A DNA stretch of 64,000 bases, from contig CAJINV010000001.1 in the NCBI GenBank assembly GCA_905178155.1, positions 14,942,142 through 15,006,141 on the forward strand. The letters run 5' to 3'. Below the pieces are notes generated by a model, which worked only from the letters and a program-made list of their open reading frames with translations, was not told the origin of the DNA and made no database searches. The translations under genes were made by a program, and so were the position numbers. Positions 23,669-35,738 of the stretch are shown here, piece after piece. The first letter of the stretch is position 1. Each line of letters begins with the position of its first letter. The stretch is from Amoebophrya sp. A120. Lineage: Eukaryota; Protista; Dinoflagellata.

Positions 23669-25153
23669 CTTTTTTCTACTCCGTTGCAGTGACGGCAACT
23701 ACTATTATTTCCCGCGTAGGTAAGTAAGTACGTGTCCGCGCACCGGTTTGTTCAGTGAGTAGAATTTGTTCTAGGTGTTGTAAGGTGCGTCGACAGTCTT
23801 CGTCTGCACGAAACGAAATCAGAATCACTGTTGGGTGCTGCTACTACTGCTTCTGTTATTTTTCCTGCAGCTCCGAGAAAAAAAATTACGTGTGGGTCCT
23901 GGATTCATCAAAAAAAGGAAGGCGAGGATGTGACTGGCACAGACAAAACAGCACGCCGGGTTTTGGTGATGGTTCCTTTATGTTGTTCGATACTCAACTC
24001 ACAATAGCGCGCCGTGAGTAGAGTAGTCATTTTGCGGCGATGAGAAAAATCTTCTTGTATATTTCCATCGGGTTTCATATTCTTTCAGAACATGCGCAGC
24101 ACAGCTCTCAACTTATTTCTGATCTTGACTTCATTGCTCATTCCGCACTTTCAGTTTTCGAACCAACGACGAGCTCCAGTCCCAGAGCAGCGATTTGATC
24201 CTCATACTCCAGTGTTTCTGATCTTGTTTTCGAAAGCAAGTAGATGAAGAACGGCACTTGAATAAAAAACAGATCTTGCGCGACCTAACACTGTCGCACC
24301 GGGAAATTACCAATTAGTCGCGGGCTGCGCAGTCACGATAAAGCATGGAACAGTTTTACTACAAAGACTTCCATTTCAGCCTAATTCCCGCGCAGTTGAC
24401 TGATAGATCGGGTCTGTATCAAGGCTCGCTATTCCACGAACAGGGGCGCCGAGAGAATATCTGAAATTTCATCGGCTTTCTCTGTCCGGCCGCAGCAATG
24501 TGTCGTAGTCGCGGTTTTTTGCCTGGCTTGGTCAGGTCAACATCAGAAGCAAAATTTTTCAGGCGTCCCGGAGAATCGGACGGTTGGGTGAGTCGTCGAT
24601 CGTGCTGGCAAAAAAAATCACTGGAAGCGAATCATAGAAAATAGTGACTCACAGAGAAGGTGAGCAATAAAGGGAAGCGTGGAGAGTGTGCATGATTGCA
24701 AGAAGGAAACTCAGCTAACACGAACGTCCTATTGCTTTCCTAGTGACGGCATCTACACATGTTTCATCTCGCTTTTCAATGCACAGAATCCTCAGTAGAG
24801 TTCACACAGGATTTAAAAATTCAGGAGCCCGTGCAAGGCTGTCGCCCGAAGCTTCCGTTGCACACGCGGTCTCCTCTGGTATGCGAACGCAGAGGCCCCC
24901 GCGCTGGCTTTACTTGCGAAGTACGACATGGCTCATGATCGCACTTTGCTAAAAAAACACACTATTGTAAGCCGGAGTACTTCTTCTATGGGCCTTGCAT
25001 ACTCATTAATTCACTTCTTCTAGCCTTACTGTAAAAAATAAAAGCGAGCGCACGCTTGTTTGCAATCGATTGTAAAAAACTGTGGTGTATCTGTGGTGTA
25101 TCTTCGGACCGGGACTGAAAAACAGACAAACGGGACATGGTGTACACTGCTCC

Positions 25154-26285
25154 CTAGGACTCGACTTTTTTGGCCGACCATTCCAGCAGCTCACCGATCT
25201 CTGTCGCCGTGAGGCCAGCACGATCCTTGACGAAGCAGGTGTCAAGCCCAGCTTTTTCACCCTTCTTTATCTCGTCGCGATCATCCTCGACAAGCATGCA
25301 GGGTCGCCCGTTCGCCAGTTTCAAACACACTTCCGCTTTCGAACTCCACTTCGCGCAGTCTTTCCGGTCGATATGCGTCTCCACCTCTGGTGCGAACTTA
25401 GTCCTGACAAATAGTTTTTCTTGTTTGGTTGATATGGTGATAGAAAGTAATTAAGCGTGCACAATTCGGTCTCATGTCCAACCAAAAAAAATTCACGACT
25501 GAGAGGAAGACTACTACTAACTACTGGTAGCTTTAGGTTTAGCAGAGACAAAAATCAGCGCAATAAAATCGTGCTTACTGCATTGCATTGAGGTCGTATT
25601 CTCTGGCATCCTGCATGCTCGTGTAGTCGTCGATTCTGGCGTACACATCGTCAAAGTGCGGCAACAACTTCGTTTTCTCCAAAATCAGTCACTATCCACA
25701 GCAACTGTGCCTGGGTTTGGATGAATGCCAATGCGTCGAGCAAATCTAAATCATCAATCTGGGTGATGCAAAAATAAACTGCCACGTGGCAGATACCCGC
25801 ACTCCTTCAAACCCAGACGCATTTGCATTTGATAATCGTATTGGCGCAACTAAACCCTTGGAACAGACGACCAGGGAACACCCGTTCGTTCGTAGTTTCT
25901 TGAAGGTCTTCTCCATCTCTGCAATCTGTTCCTTCCCGCCGAGACAATGCTCGTAGAATTTGCCTGTCGGAGGGAGTTAGCACAACATAGAAAGGGAATT
26001 TGGATTGCTAGTACGAGTTTGAAAACCTCCAATGGTAACGACAAGATCAAGGGTCGGGCGAGTGGTACCTTTCATTTCCTCGTCCGCCTCGAAGCACTTC
26101 TGGATCTGCCCTCTCTCTGAGAGCGCGTAGGGCCCATCAAGAAAGTTCCCCCGTCCGAGCGTGACAAAACCGGCGAGGCACTTGAAGACGTGACACTGGG
26201 AAATGGTCTGATCAAAGTCAAAAACTATTACTTTCGTCTTCGGAACCTGCCCGCCCCGTGGCGTACCTTTCCGCGAGCCTGGCAT
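25154..26285 (-). CDS. HAD-superfamily phosphatase-like protein, 4 exons
   Basis: Motif I VIVFDFDQT, motif II VVCS and motif IV LVEDD. GT-AG introns 25964-26068 and 25404-25578, plus a 147-nt non-canonical intron around 25690-25836 joining GLVAPIR|LILEKTK. Confidence 0.85.
25693..25834. mobile_element. Degenerate introner/MITE, TIR family A, in the HAD gene
   Basis: Ends TATCAAATGCAAATGCGTCTGGGTTTGAAG and TATCCACAGCAACTGTGCCTGGGTTTGGATG are inverted and match the TIR of the 45647 and 51134 elements. Flanks are ACGAT/GTGAC (eroded TSD). In-frame stop inside. Confidence 0.75.
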
Positions 26286-27169
26286 GATGGTTCGAGCAGA
26301 ATAGCCGCCTTTGCGGAATTGAGAGAAGAGGCAAGCTCAAATTGTGTGGCGGCCACGTAGATGCTGTGCAAAAACACCTAAGGCCCGAGTGAAAGCGTTA
26401 TTAGGATTCAAGCAGTGTCATCGCGGTTGTCGTGTGCTTTGTCTGAAGTGAGTCCCACAAGCTCAAATAACTGCTTTATTCAGAAGACAAATTTGCAGTG
26501 CAATATCGCAGAGTAACACACCGTGGCCGTGCCTGTTTTCGGTATAATCTTTTTTGTTGCAGAACCACTGCCGCTTCAGTATACCTGGATATCAAGCTCG
26601 CGCCGCTAGTGCTAAGGCTAGGATTTCTCGCTTACGAAAGCAATTTGCACAAGTTTCAGACAGACCGCATTTTTGGAATCGGTTTGAAGCAGAGAGGAAG
26701 ACCATTTCGGAACTGCGATGCGTTTTTTCAGGAGTTACCGCTTCACGACTCTGAGCCGACTTCCGATTGACAAGAGATTTCTGCGATGGACAAAACCCCC
26801 AATATTATACACTGTACCAGTAGATCCCATACGAACACAAGTTCAGTGAATCGACAGAGCCACCCAGGGCATGAAAACACGCCAACAGCAGCACTCACAT
26901 TTTGTTTTTAGTTGGAGTCTAAGTACGCAGCACTCTGGTTTTGTGTCAACATGGTCAGGTTTGGTAGAAGTTCAGTATGAATCCATGATTCCCTTCAAAT
27001 CGGAAAGGCTTGCCTTCAAACCCGGTAACATCACTCTTATCCCACAAAGGAACAATTCGTCGGCTTCGTATTGTGTATTAAAATTCCACACGCATAACTA
27101 CCGAAGATTGGACAACATTCCGAAACAACACGAAGGTTCTCATCAGGACAGATGATGAATCAGACAAGC

Positions 27170-29121
27170 TTATTCTTCCTCTTCCTCCTCTTCGGCGTCA
27201 CCCATCTCGGCCATGAGCTTGGTGCGAGCGGTGGCCTATTACAGTGAAAAGTGCCCCCCACCCCTGAAATTGTAGCAAGGATTTGTGATGCAAAGTTTCC
27301 AAATGAAAACTTTTTGTCATGCATGAAAGGAGTATGAACCTTTCTGAGGCAAGGTCTAGGCGTGTGTCGCAGCGCTTGCATGACAAGCGCCGCTTTTGCT
27401 GGGATCTTTTGCAATACAAATTTTTGCTATTCACGATCGGAAATCTGTGATGCTGATAGATGCAGTAGGGCGAATGTTTCATTTGGAAAGGTTTGCAATA
27501 CAAATGCTCCGAACTTCGGGGGTGGGGGCATTTTTCCTCGCGATATGGCCAGCTTCTGCTTGACGCGGTCCTTGCGCTGGGCGTTGGACCGCTTGATGCA
27601 GCGGGTGTAGCTAGTTCCCTTGGAGGTTTCGATGGTGTTTCCCTTGCGCGTGTTGGTGATACCCGCGCTCTCCTTCTTCACGAACTTCGGGTCCTCGCGA
27701 ATCTTGGTGTGGCACTCCTTGTACAAGTCCTCCAGGCCGTCCGCCTCAATGTCGTTCTCAATGAACGCGGAAAAAGCGACCTTGTAACCTGTTTTTAGTG
27801 TTTGGAAAGGGCGTGTTTTCGCTGGTGAGTCGGAAAATCCGTGTGTATACACTATCTTTATGTTCTTGCACTCTCTCATCTCCAATAGCAAAAGTTCTCA
27901 TTCTCTTCCAAACAACTCATGCAAAAAAAAACCGAGACACATCTGTTGACGTGAAATGTCGAAAAGAAGTATTAAATCGAGAAGAGTTAATCGCAAAATC
28001 AAGTACGTTCCGGATCCTCCTCGGACAGCATCTCCATGTACTCGGAGACGTGGTTGCCCAAGATGCGCTCCAAGTGCGCCGGGGCATCGTACTCGTAGTC
28101 CTGACCCTTCTCTTCCGGCTCCTTGTAGCCCGGGAACTTGGAAACGGAGTGGGGCACGTGCAGGCCACCGTCGACGGCGCCCTTCAGCATACCGAACACG
28201 CGGGAACCTGGAATTGGTTTTTTGAGGAACATAAATTCTTGTCCTACCGTCAGCACGCAGGAAACAGGAACAATTCCTAAACGAAACTACCGACAAGTCT
28301 AGCGATATTCTTTTCCTAAACCGCGGATTCGGATTGGTGCAAGAAATACAAATATGCACCACGCCGTCACCTACGCTGTAAAGAAAAAAAAAATATGTAC
28401 CCGGAATGGTGCGGATGAGGCCGACATCCAGGATGCACTTGAACGGGCGGCGCTCGTTGTCTTCCTCTTCGACGTGGAATTCCTCGGCGGTGCACTCTTC
28501 AACACCCTCAATGGAGTCTGCCAGTCCGACGATATCCAGGGCACGGCGAGCGATCAACAGACCTGATATGGTTTTAGTGTTTTTTTACCAGACTATCATG
28601 TGTTCCGCATTGGTATCTGCGGCCGCGACGATAGCACAGAAAGAACCTTCAGTGCACCCCATAAGTAACCATGAAACTAATTCACAAGAGCCACACTGCT
28701 CTGGCCAGTATCCGAACTCACTCTCTTCCATGCAACAGAGCCACTACCTAAACTGCTTCCGATTCTAAATTTCCTAGATTAGGTAAAAACACAAAAATGT
28801 CAAGCGAAGTTGTATACCGGTAGCGTAGCCGGCGGCGTAGTTAGTGTGGCCGCACGGGACGCCGTACTTGCCGAGTTCGGAAGACATAGCCTGGCACAAA
28901 ACCTTGTCACCCTGAATGGTGGCGTAGACAATCTGGCAGATCATCTTCTTGTTGGTGATGCGGCACACCAAGCGGTACTTCGGGGTGTTGTACTTGTTTT
29001 TGTCCTGAGCGACCATCTTGCGACGGGCATGGTAGTCGGTCTTACCCTCGCGGCGGCGGCGGTACTTGGTCTGCAAGCGCTTGTAGTAAGCCTTGTTCTT
29101 CTGCACCTTCACGAACGGCAT
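27170..29121 (-). CDS. RPL5: 60S ribosomal protein L5 (uL18), 5 exons
   Basis: [47 protein letters not shown] introns 28563-28817, 28208-28400 and 27789-28006; a fourth intron 27236-27549 (GC-AG compatible, TIR element) restores the tail [23 protein letters not shown]. Confidence 0.97.
27237..27545. mobile_element. Introner/MITE, TIR family C, in RPL5
   Basis: 309 bp with TAT...ATA ends, an imperfect ~70-bp inverted repeat (GAAAA.TGCCCCCACCCC...TTTCCAAATGAAA) and a perfect 5-bp duplication tggcc at 27232-27236 and 27546-27550. Confidence 0.9.
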
Positions 29122-29287
29122 CTTGTTTTGTGAGTGTTGTTTCTACCAAATGTTGACCCAAAAGTTCTCGTACAAAAGAACTCCACTAACAAATGTCCCT
29201 GTGTAAGCGAGTAGGAAGACGATACGTTCGGCGGTGACAGATACATTTTGACAAAAGGTGCAATTTTTTAGGTTTGTGTATTATCAG

Positions 29288-29550
29288 GCGATCGGAAACG
29301 TTTCAGAAAAGTTGCGCGAGATCGTAGCAATTTAGGATCCATTTAATAGAAGCGGAGCGTCGTCTTGCACCCGACGCAAGAGTGAACATTTAGATCTTAG
29401 CGGATTTGGAATTTGGATCGCTTTGCGTCGCATCGCTCAGTGAGCTGCCTGTCGCGATTTGGATTTGATCAAATCTAATTCTTCTCGTGCATAGGACGGA
29501 TCTTCGCTTCACCTACTCTCGTGATCTTGTGGTGCTGGCGGAACGATCAA
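29288..29550. promoter_or_regulatory. GATC-rich cluster upstream of RPL5 (candidate cis-regulatory region)
   Basis: 9 GATC sites counted by hand in about 260 bp, versus about 1 expected; GGATTT variants also present. Confidence 0.45.
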
Positions 29551-32076
29551 CAGTTTCAATTTTATTCGCTCACAATCATCCATTTTCACGAACTCACGAT
29601 GACACGGAGGAAGGTTATCCTGATTGACACCATAAGGTATCAATTCGTATTGACTTTGACGGTCACCGAATTAGAACATTTGGCTTGTCGCCGGTGCGGA
29701 CAAAGAGATCGGTTCACGAGAGAGTTCCTCCAATTTCATTCTGATGACCTTATCCTTTTGTTCACAATCCCAACCGACGACGGGACGCGAACCTTCACGA
29801 CTAGCAGATACATCCTTTTCCACCGACGAAAAATGTGCCGGACGAACAAATTGGATCCTGTGCGCCCCTGCCTCAAGGGATGCGCTGAATCGCGCAGCGA
29901 TGAAGCCGCTGAAAGGGCGGCATTTTTCACGTCAAATCATATATTTGCCCAAAGCACTGGGATAAAGTCTTGCTCAAAGATACGAAACCGGGATATCAAA
30001 CGACACCACAGGGCTTATGAGTCCTGTTCAAAAACGAAAAAAGACCTAAATCATAGAAAAATATTAGTAAAAGCCCATTTACAACAACAAAAATAGACCC
30101 TTCTTGAGAGCATCTAGTAAATCAAATATTCCTCCTGGTTCAGAACTACTTCAGTTGTGTTTTACCAGTTTTCGCGCACCGGCTATACTTAAGCGAAGTC
30201 TGTGGTTAGCTAGCGTTTTTACTTTGTGTCATTTGATTTGCCTTTCTAAGTACGACTGACTAATCACATCTTTCTACCGTCCTTCGTCCATCATGGAACT
30301 CGTTTTGTGGAGAATCGCTCTACTGCACCGTCGCGGCTCTGCACATATCGAAGCTCAGCTGGTTAGGTTTAGAATTTTGTGCTAAATTCTCCTGTGTTAG
30401 CGTGCGATTTTCCTTAATTTTTGCTGTGTGCGATGCATTTGACGATCTTAGTCTAGTAGAAGAAGTGGTCGTAGTGTACGCAAAAACAAGCCGCATTTTC
30501 AAGATTGTTCGATTTACAGTTTACAAAGAAAGCTGCAAAATAGACATTGCGCTCTCACATACTCGTGTACGTTCTATCTGGTTACAACTGCATTCTGCTT
30601 TTCGAGATTATGGACTTGGGTCGAGAGATTATGGACTTGTATTACAGTCAGGAGCAAAAGATCGAAAGAACTTCACACAACAAGTCTAAATTGCAATCAC
30701 CCCGCCCTTCTATTTTTTCGTCCACGACCAAGAGTAGTTTTAGGGCTGCTATTCATCATAACTTCGCACCCAAAGCTTTTTCCCAGTACTCTATATTTCC
30801 CGCACAGCAAAAGACTAGTGTTGACATTCTAGTATTCATATTTTAAACTTTAGGACTTGTCTGCCTACAACTATAGCCAGCCAAGCCCGAAGCGACAAGC
30901 CACCCACAGCACTCCTCTCGGCTCTGCTTCGGTTGTATTTGTAGTTGTCGTTCCGTCTAAATACTCCACCGGCTGTTCCCGGACACGCCGCTGCGTGACG
31001 TGCTACAAATTAATCATTGCACTCACAGCGCAACGGGCGTGTCTGAACTGAGTAAACAAAAGGCAAATTGACATGAGCTGCACACGGGGGGGACATGCCA
31101 ACTCGCCAGTTCACTTGGAAGTAATATTGGTTCTAGGATAGTATCAAAAGTTCGAATGCAGCCAGGCAGTATGGCAAAGTCCAGCAGAGGGGTGGTGCGT
31201 CTTTCGCTTTAAAAGTGCTCAGTCATGTTCTTCTGGAGTAGAGGGGTCCAAATGAATCTAGCTCGCGAAACAGCGATCTAAATTAATACTTAAAGAGATG
31301 CAAGAGTAGCAGTTTCTGTGATAGAATTTGAAATTTCTATCGAGCATTTTTTCGGATACAAGTCAAATGATGTACGTACCTCTCGCTCGTGTTGAGTTTG
31401 ATTCTCCATTCTAGAGCATTAGTAGGAGTGGAAGAAGCAAACAGGATTTACATTTCAGTCTTTGTACGTTCTGGATACAAAATGTGTGATCCATTTTCAA
31501 CATGTAGGTAGGAATCATTTGAAAAGCATTTGAGTATCTCCATCAAACGCAACAAAACCTCGCTGCACACGGGGCCGAGGTGGCAGAGCGCTGTCTGATG
31601 GTACTTGCCGGGGGTAAGAAAGGTAAGACTTTCGGGGTGGGTATAGATGAGACGAAGCCCCACATTTGCACAAAACTAGGTCCTTTTTATTTGCGGGTAG
31701 AGGAAGTTGCATTATTGCTCCACATTGCTGTCTTTGCCATAAGTTACGAGCATAACTTTTGGAAAGGGCAGCATGAGCTCTTCTACCAGCCGGGGGGGAA
31801 GTATTCAAAAAAAAAACACCTGCCGAATCTGGTACTTGTCATTTACGTATTTGCCATTCCGAGCACGGAAGTAGTGCTTGTAGCCATGTTCAAATTTCTA
31901 AATTAGAGCCGCCTTATTCCAATGAGTCAAAATCTTTCAAACATGCTGTTGCTGCAGTGGTCAACGCCATCGCGGATGTACTGACGCTGATTCTGCGGAA
32001 ACATTCACCTAGCAGAAGTACTGGAATTGTCAACATTTCATCATGCAGCAAATTATCGAAAAGCTTAAGCGATCTT

Positions 32077-35000
32077 TTAGCCCGCCTCGGTTCCCTCGGA
32101 GCCGTTGGATACGGTGCTGGCCTTTTTGTTGTTATCGGCGAAGCCGAACTCTCCCTCACGCAGCGCAAACAGAATGTGCCGTCCATATGGTAACCGCTCG
32201 AGCGTTTCAATGTACTGTCGCATCAGCTCCACAATCTCGTCGCGGACCTGGCCCTCCGCGACCTGCATCAACTTCTGGACCACATAGTTTCCATACTTAT
32301 CCTTCATCATCGTCACCGCTGGTGGCACCGCGTTGGCGCGCATCAACGGCGTCGTCGGATCTTCATCGCCGTCTTCCTTCAGCTGTTCAGGGTTATGTTG
32401 AGTTTATTGTCACTCTGTGTTCACTGCTCCAGTTAGCCAGGATTAAAGTGATCATACTATACAGGGAGTTGCTAGTTGAGCCTTCACAGTTATAAAAACT
32501 GCAACGACGAGCCGCGTACAGGATGTTTGAATGCGAAAAACTGTCATACACAAAAAAACAAGAAGATTCTGTCAGTTCTTCCTCGCAAATAAACCAATAC
32601 CGGCTTTCCGATCGAGACTGTGACGAAATTCTGTCGGTCCTTTCGATTGGCCTGTTGGATACTCTTCTCCACCACGTTGGATGCGAACTTGTGGCAACTC
32701 ATGGCCGCCATGTTCTTGTTCACGATCGCGAACACGCGGTCCCGGTCCTCCTGCCTTCCGTACTCCACCATATTCTGGATCACATAATTGCCATACGCGT
32801 CGTGGATGAATACGCTCAGATTGTTGGCGTGAATCTCGTCGTAGATTTTTGCCACCTGCTCCGGGTCGCAATACTCGATGATCCGCTGCAATACGCGCGA
32901 GCCGTAGCAGTGCGTCGCCATCCGCGGGACGTGGCCCCGGAACGCGTCAATGATGAATTGCACCTGTGGTTGTACATGTAATCGAGTATTGATGTGAGGG
33001 ATCATCAGAGTCATCCCTTTCTAACGCCACGATGTTTCATCTCAACTTATCGGCTGGATACAACTCGTATTAATTGGGGTGCTGAAAAAAAGGAATGAAG
33101 GGAATTCATGAACAAACCTTCCCGGTGGGCATCCGCTCGAAGAATTTTTGCAGAACGTGATTTCCGTTCTGGTCCTCGACGGCATCCAGCACCTGGCCGG
33201 ACATATCCTTGGCGAGCTCCAGCTGCAAATCCACGTTTAACACCTCCAGAATGCGCTGCAGAGTGCGGCACCCCGTCTCGTGGACAGCGATATCGAAGAC
33301 CTGTGTTTTAATCGGAGAACAGACTAATGGAAATAGAACTACCCGGATCGGTTTTTGCACAATAAACTTTCTTGAAAAGGGTGGAAGTCGAAGTGTAAAT
33401 GGTAGCGGTAACACAACCAACAAATACTTTTCCGTTGACATTCGCTCTCGCATGACCAAAAAGCGGCGAAATCACGGATAATACCTTTGTCTTCATGGCG
33501 TTAATCAACATGGTTTTCTGTTCCAGGGGGGACATACCGCAGCTGGCGGAACTCTCGAACAAACTCCGCACGATGTTATGCGCGAATACGTCGTTGCACA
33601 AGGAGACCTGTTGTTATGCGTTTGACAACCTTGAGTCGCAAGTCATTCCGATCAAAAGCAGCTTGTTTGCATCATCAGCAAATTCAACGACTACAGCTTG
33701 CTTGAAAGAGAGGTGAAGGTGCGCCACGCAAAAAGTTGCAACATAGGAAAAATTTTACGATGTTGTTCGCGAAAATCTCGAGCGCCGCACGACGCAACTC
33801 CACAGAGGTGTCATCGTTTTCCATGGCACGCACCACGGCCTCGTGCGCGTCCGGGCACTTGGAGAATTCCATCAGCTCTTCGCCGCTGCCCTTCTGGACA
33901 ATGTGCGAGAAATCGAAGGTCCCCTTGTCCCGCCACTCTTCCAGTTCCTGCAGAGGAGTTCACAGACAAGCTCACATTCATTCTATCTTAATTACTTGCC
34001 TTTCCAAGGGCAGAAAAAAGTCTCTTTATTCAATTTTGTACACCTCATTTTTCCGACGAAAGAAAGACGAAAAACTGTCTTCGGGTCTACTTGCGAAAGG
34101 AACGGCTTTTGTACCTTGGAAGCGGGCTGACCTCGGCGGCGAGACGCTTCGGCCTCTTCCAACTTCTGCAGGTGCTTGCCCGGTTCTGGCTTGGAATTGT
34201 TGTTGCCCGGTCTGGAAGGACCGCCAATCATGGTACTCTTGCCTTTCTTGGCCGCATTACCTGTGAAAATAGAAGTTTCGCCCAATTTTCTTCATGACGC
34301 AACGGAAACGAACTGCCTCACGAGGAGGCGCTGCGTACATCTGTGGTGAACAACGCTGGTTGCTGGCGCTGATGCTTTATCAGCTCCTGTGCAACTTATC
34401 CGCGGCGTATATGCAAATGAAAAATCGCGCACGTAAAAATCATGGCTATCTGCGGGATTTTCCTACCTCAACCTCAAACTCTAACTTATCGATCATGCAG
34501 TCTATGCGAAGTAAAAAACTTCTCGTATCTATACTGTTCTTCCCCTTGCCTTTGCCCTTTCCCTTCCCGTCGCTGGACGTGGAGTTGTACTTGCGATCAC
34601 CGGACGATCCGTCGGTGTACCCGCTCTGCGGCGACATGCGGGGATTTTTGCCCTTCCCCTTACCTTTTCCAGCGCCCTTGCTGTTGCCGCCCGAGCTGTT
34701 GCCCTTGCTGATCCGCTTGCTGGGGTGGTAATTGTCGTTGTAGTTATTCCCATTGTCCTTCGAAAACTGGCTGTACTCGGTGAACCCTCGACCGTTCTGC
34801 GGACCCCCGCGCGGACCACCACCGTCGCCACCGTCCATGAAATTGTTGCTGTTGTAACTGGTCATGCCGCCCGAGGTGGTGTTGGTGGTGGACAAACTGC
34901 CCCGCTGCTGCAGCTGCGACTCGTAGTACGCGAGATCCAGCTGGCGGTTGTTGTAGTTGTCCATCTGATCGCGGTAGTTCGCCGGCGAGGCGTTGAAGTT

Positions 35001-35738
35001 GCCCGGATACCCGCGCGGCGTGGACCCGTTCTGGCTCGGGTTCCCGAACTCGTAGCCGGAATCCAACCGCATCGCGTTGTTGTACCCGCGCTGGTTGTTG
35101 CGCTGGTGGGCCAGCAGCTGCAATGCCTGCTCCGCGGCCGCCGCGGTCTCGCGGTTCATCTGGTTTTCGTAGGCCGGGTTGCGAAAGCCCTGGTTCACCG
35201 TGGTGCTCATCATGTTATTGCGATTTCCACCCGGTCCGCCACCCCCACCACCCATCAGGTTGTTCGGGTTCGGCCCGTTGTTGTTACCGCCGTTCGCGAC
35301 CGCCCACTGCGCGCGCAACGTCATCTCGTCGACCAGCCGCTGCTGGTCGCTGTAGTTGCTGCGGTCGCGGACCAGCTGCTGCCGCATCAGGTTGTTGGCG
35401 TTGTTCCCCAAGTCGAGATTATTACTGTTGTTCCCGTAATTCGGGGGCATCCCGTTACCGTAGTCCTGCTTGGTCATCATGTAGTCAGACAGACTGTACT
35501 GCTGGTCCTGGAAGTTATTGTGCACCATGTTATTGTTGATGTCACGGGGACCTCCATTGTTGTTGCCGTTTCCCGGTGGACCACCGTTGTTGCCGTTTCC
35601 GTTCCGCATGATGCCGTTCCGCTCACCCGAGCGCTGGTGCGGGACCCGCATGATGCGACCCTCCGGCGCAAACGTGGTACGGATGGAGCGCTGCTCCACG
35701 ACCGGACCGCCGTTGTTGTAGCCGCGCTGTTGCTGCAT
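32077..35738 (-). CDS. Pumilio/PUF RNA-binding protein with N/G/Q-rich low-complexity N-terminus, 7 exons
   Basis: PUF repeats HETGCRTLQR, DQNGNHVLQK, HCYGSRVLQR, DAYGNYVIQ, HKFASNVVEK, DKYGNYVVQK, LPYGRHIL. GT-AG introns 34261-34534, 33948-34131, 33608-33758, 33301-33484, 32964-33117 and 32383-32600. Confidence 0.93.

Noticed and set aside
29521-30096. 191-aa plus-strand ORF
   Set aside because: Non-ATG start, no motifs, opposite strand to every supported gene.
30604-30639. Duplicated 15-mer GAGATTATGGACTTG
   Set aside because: Only two copies in intergenic DNA; a simple local duplication.
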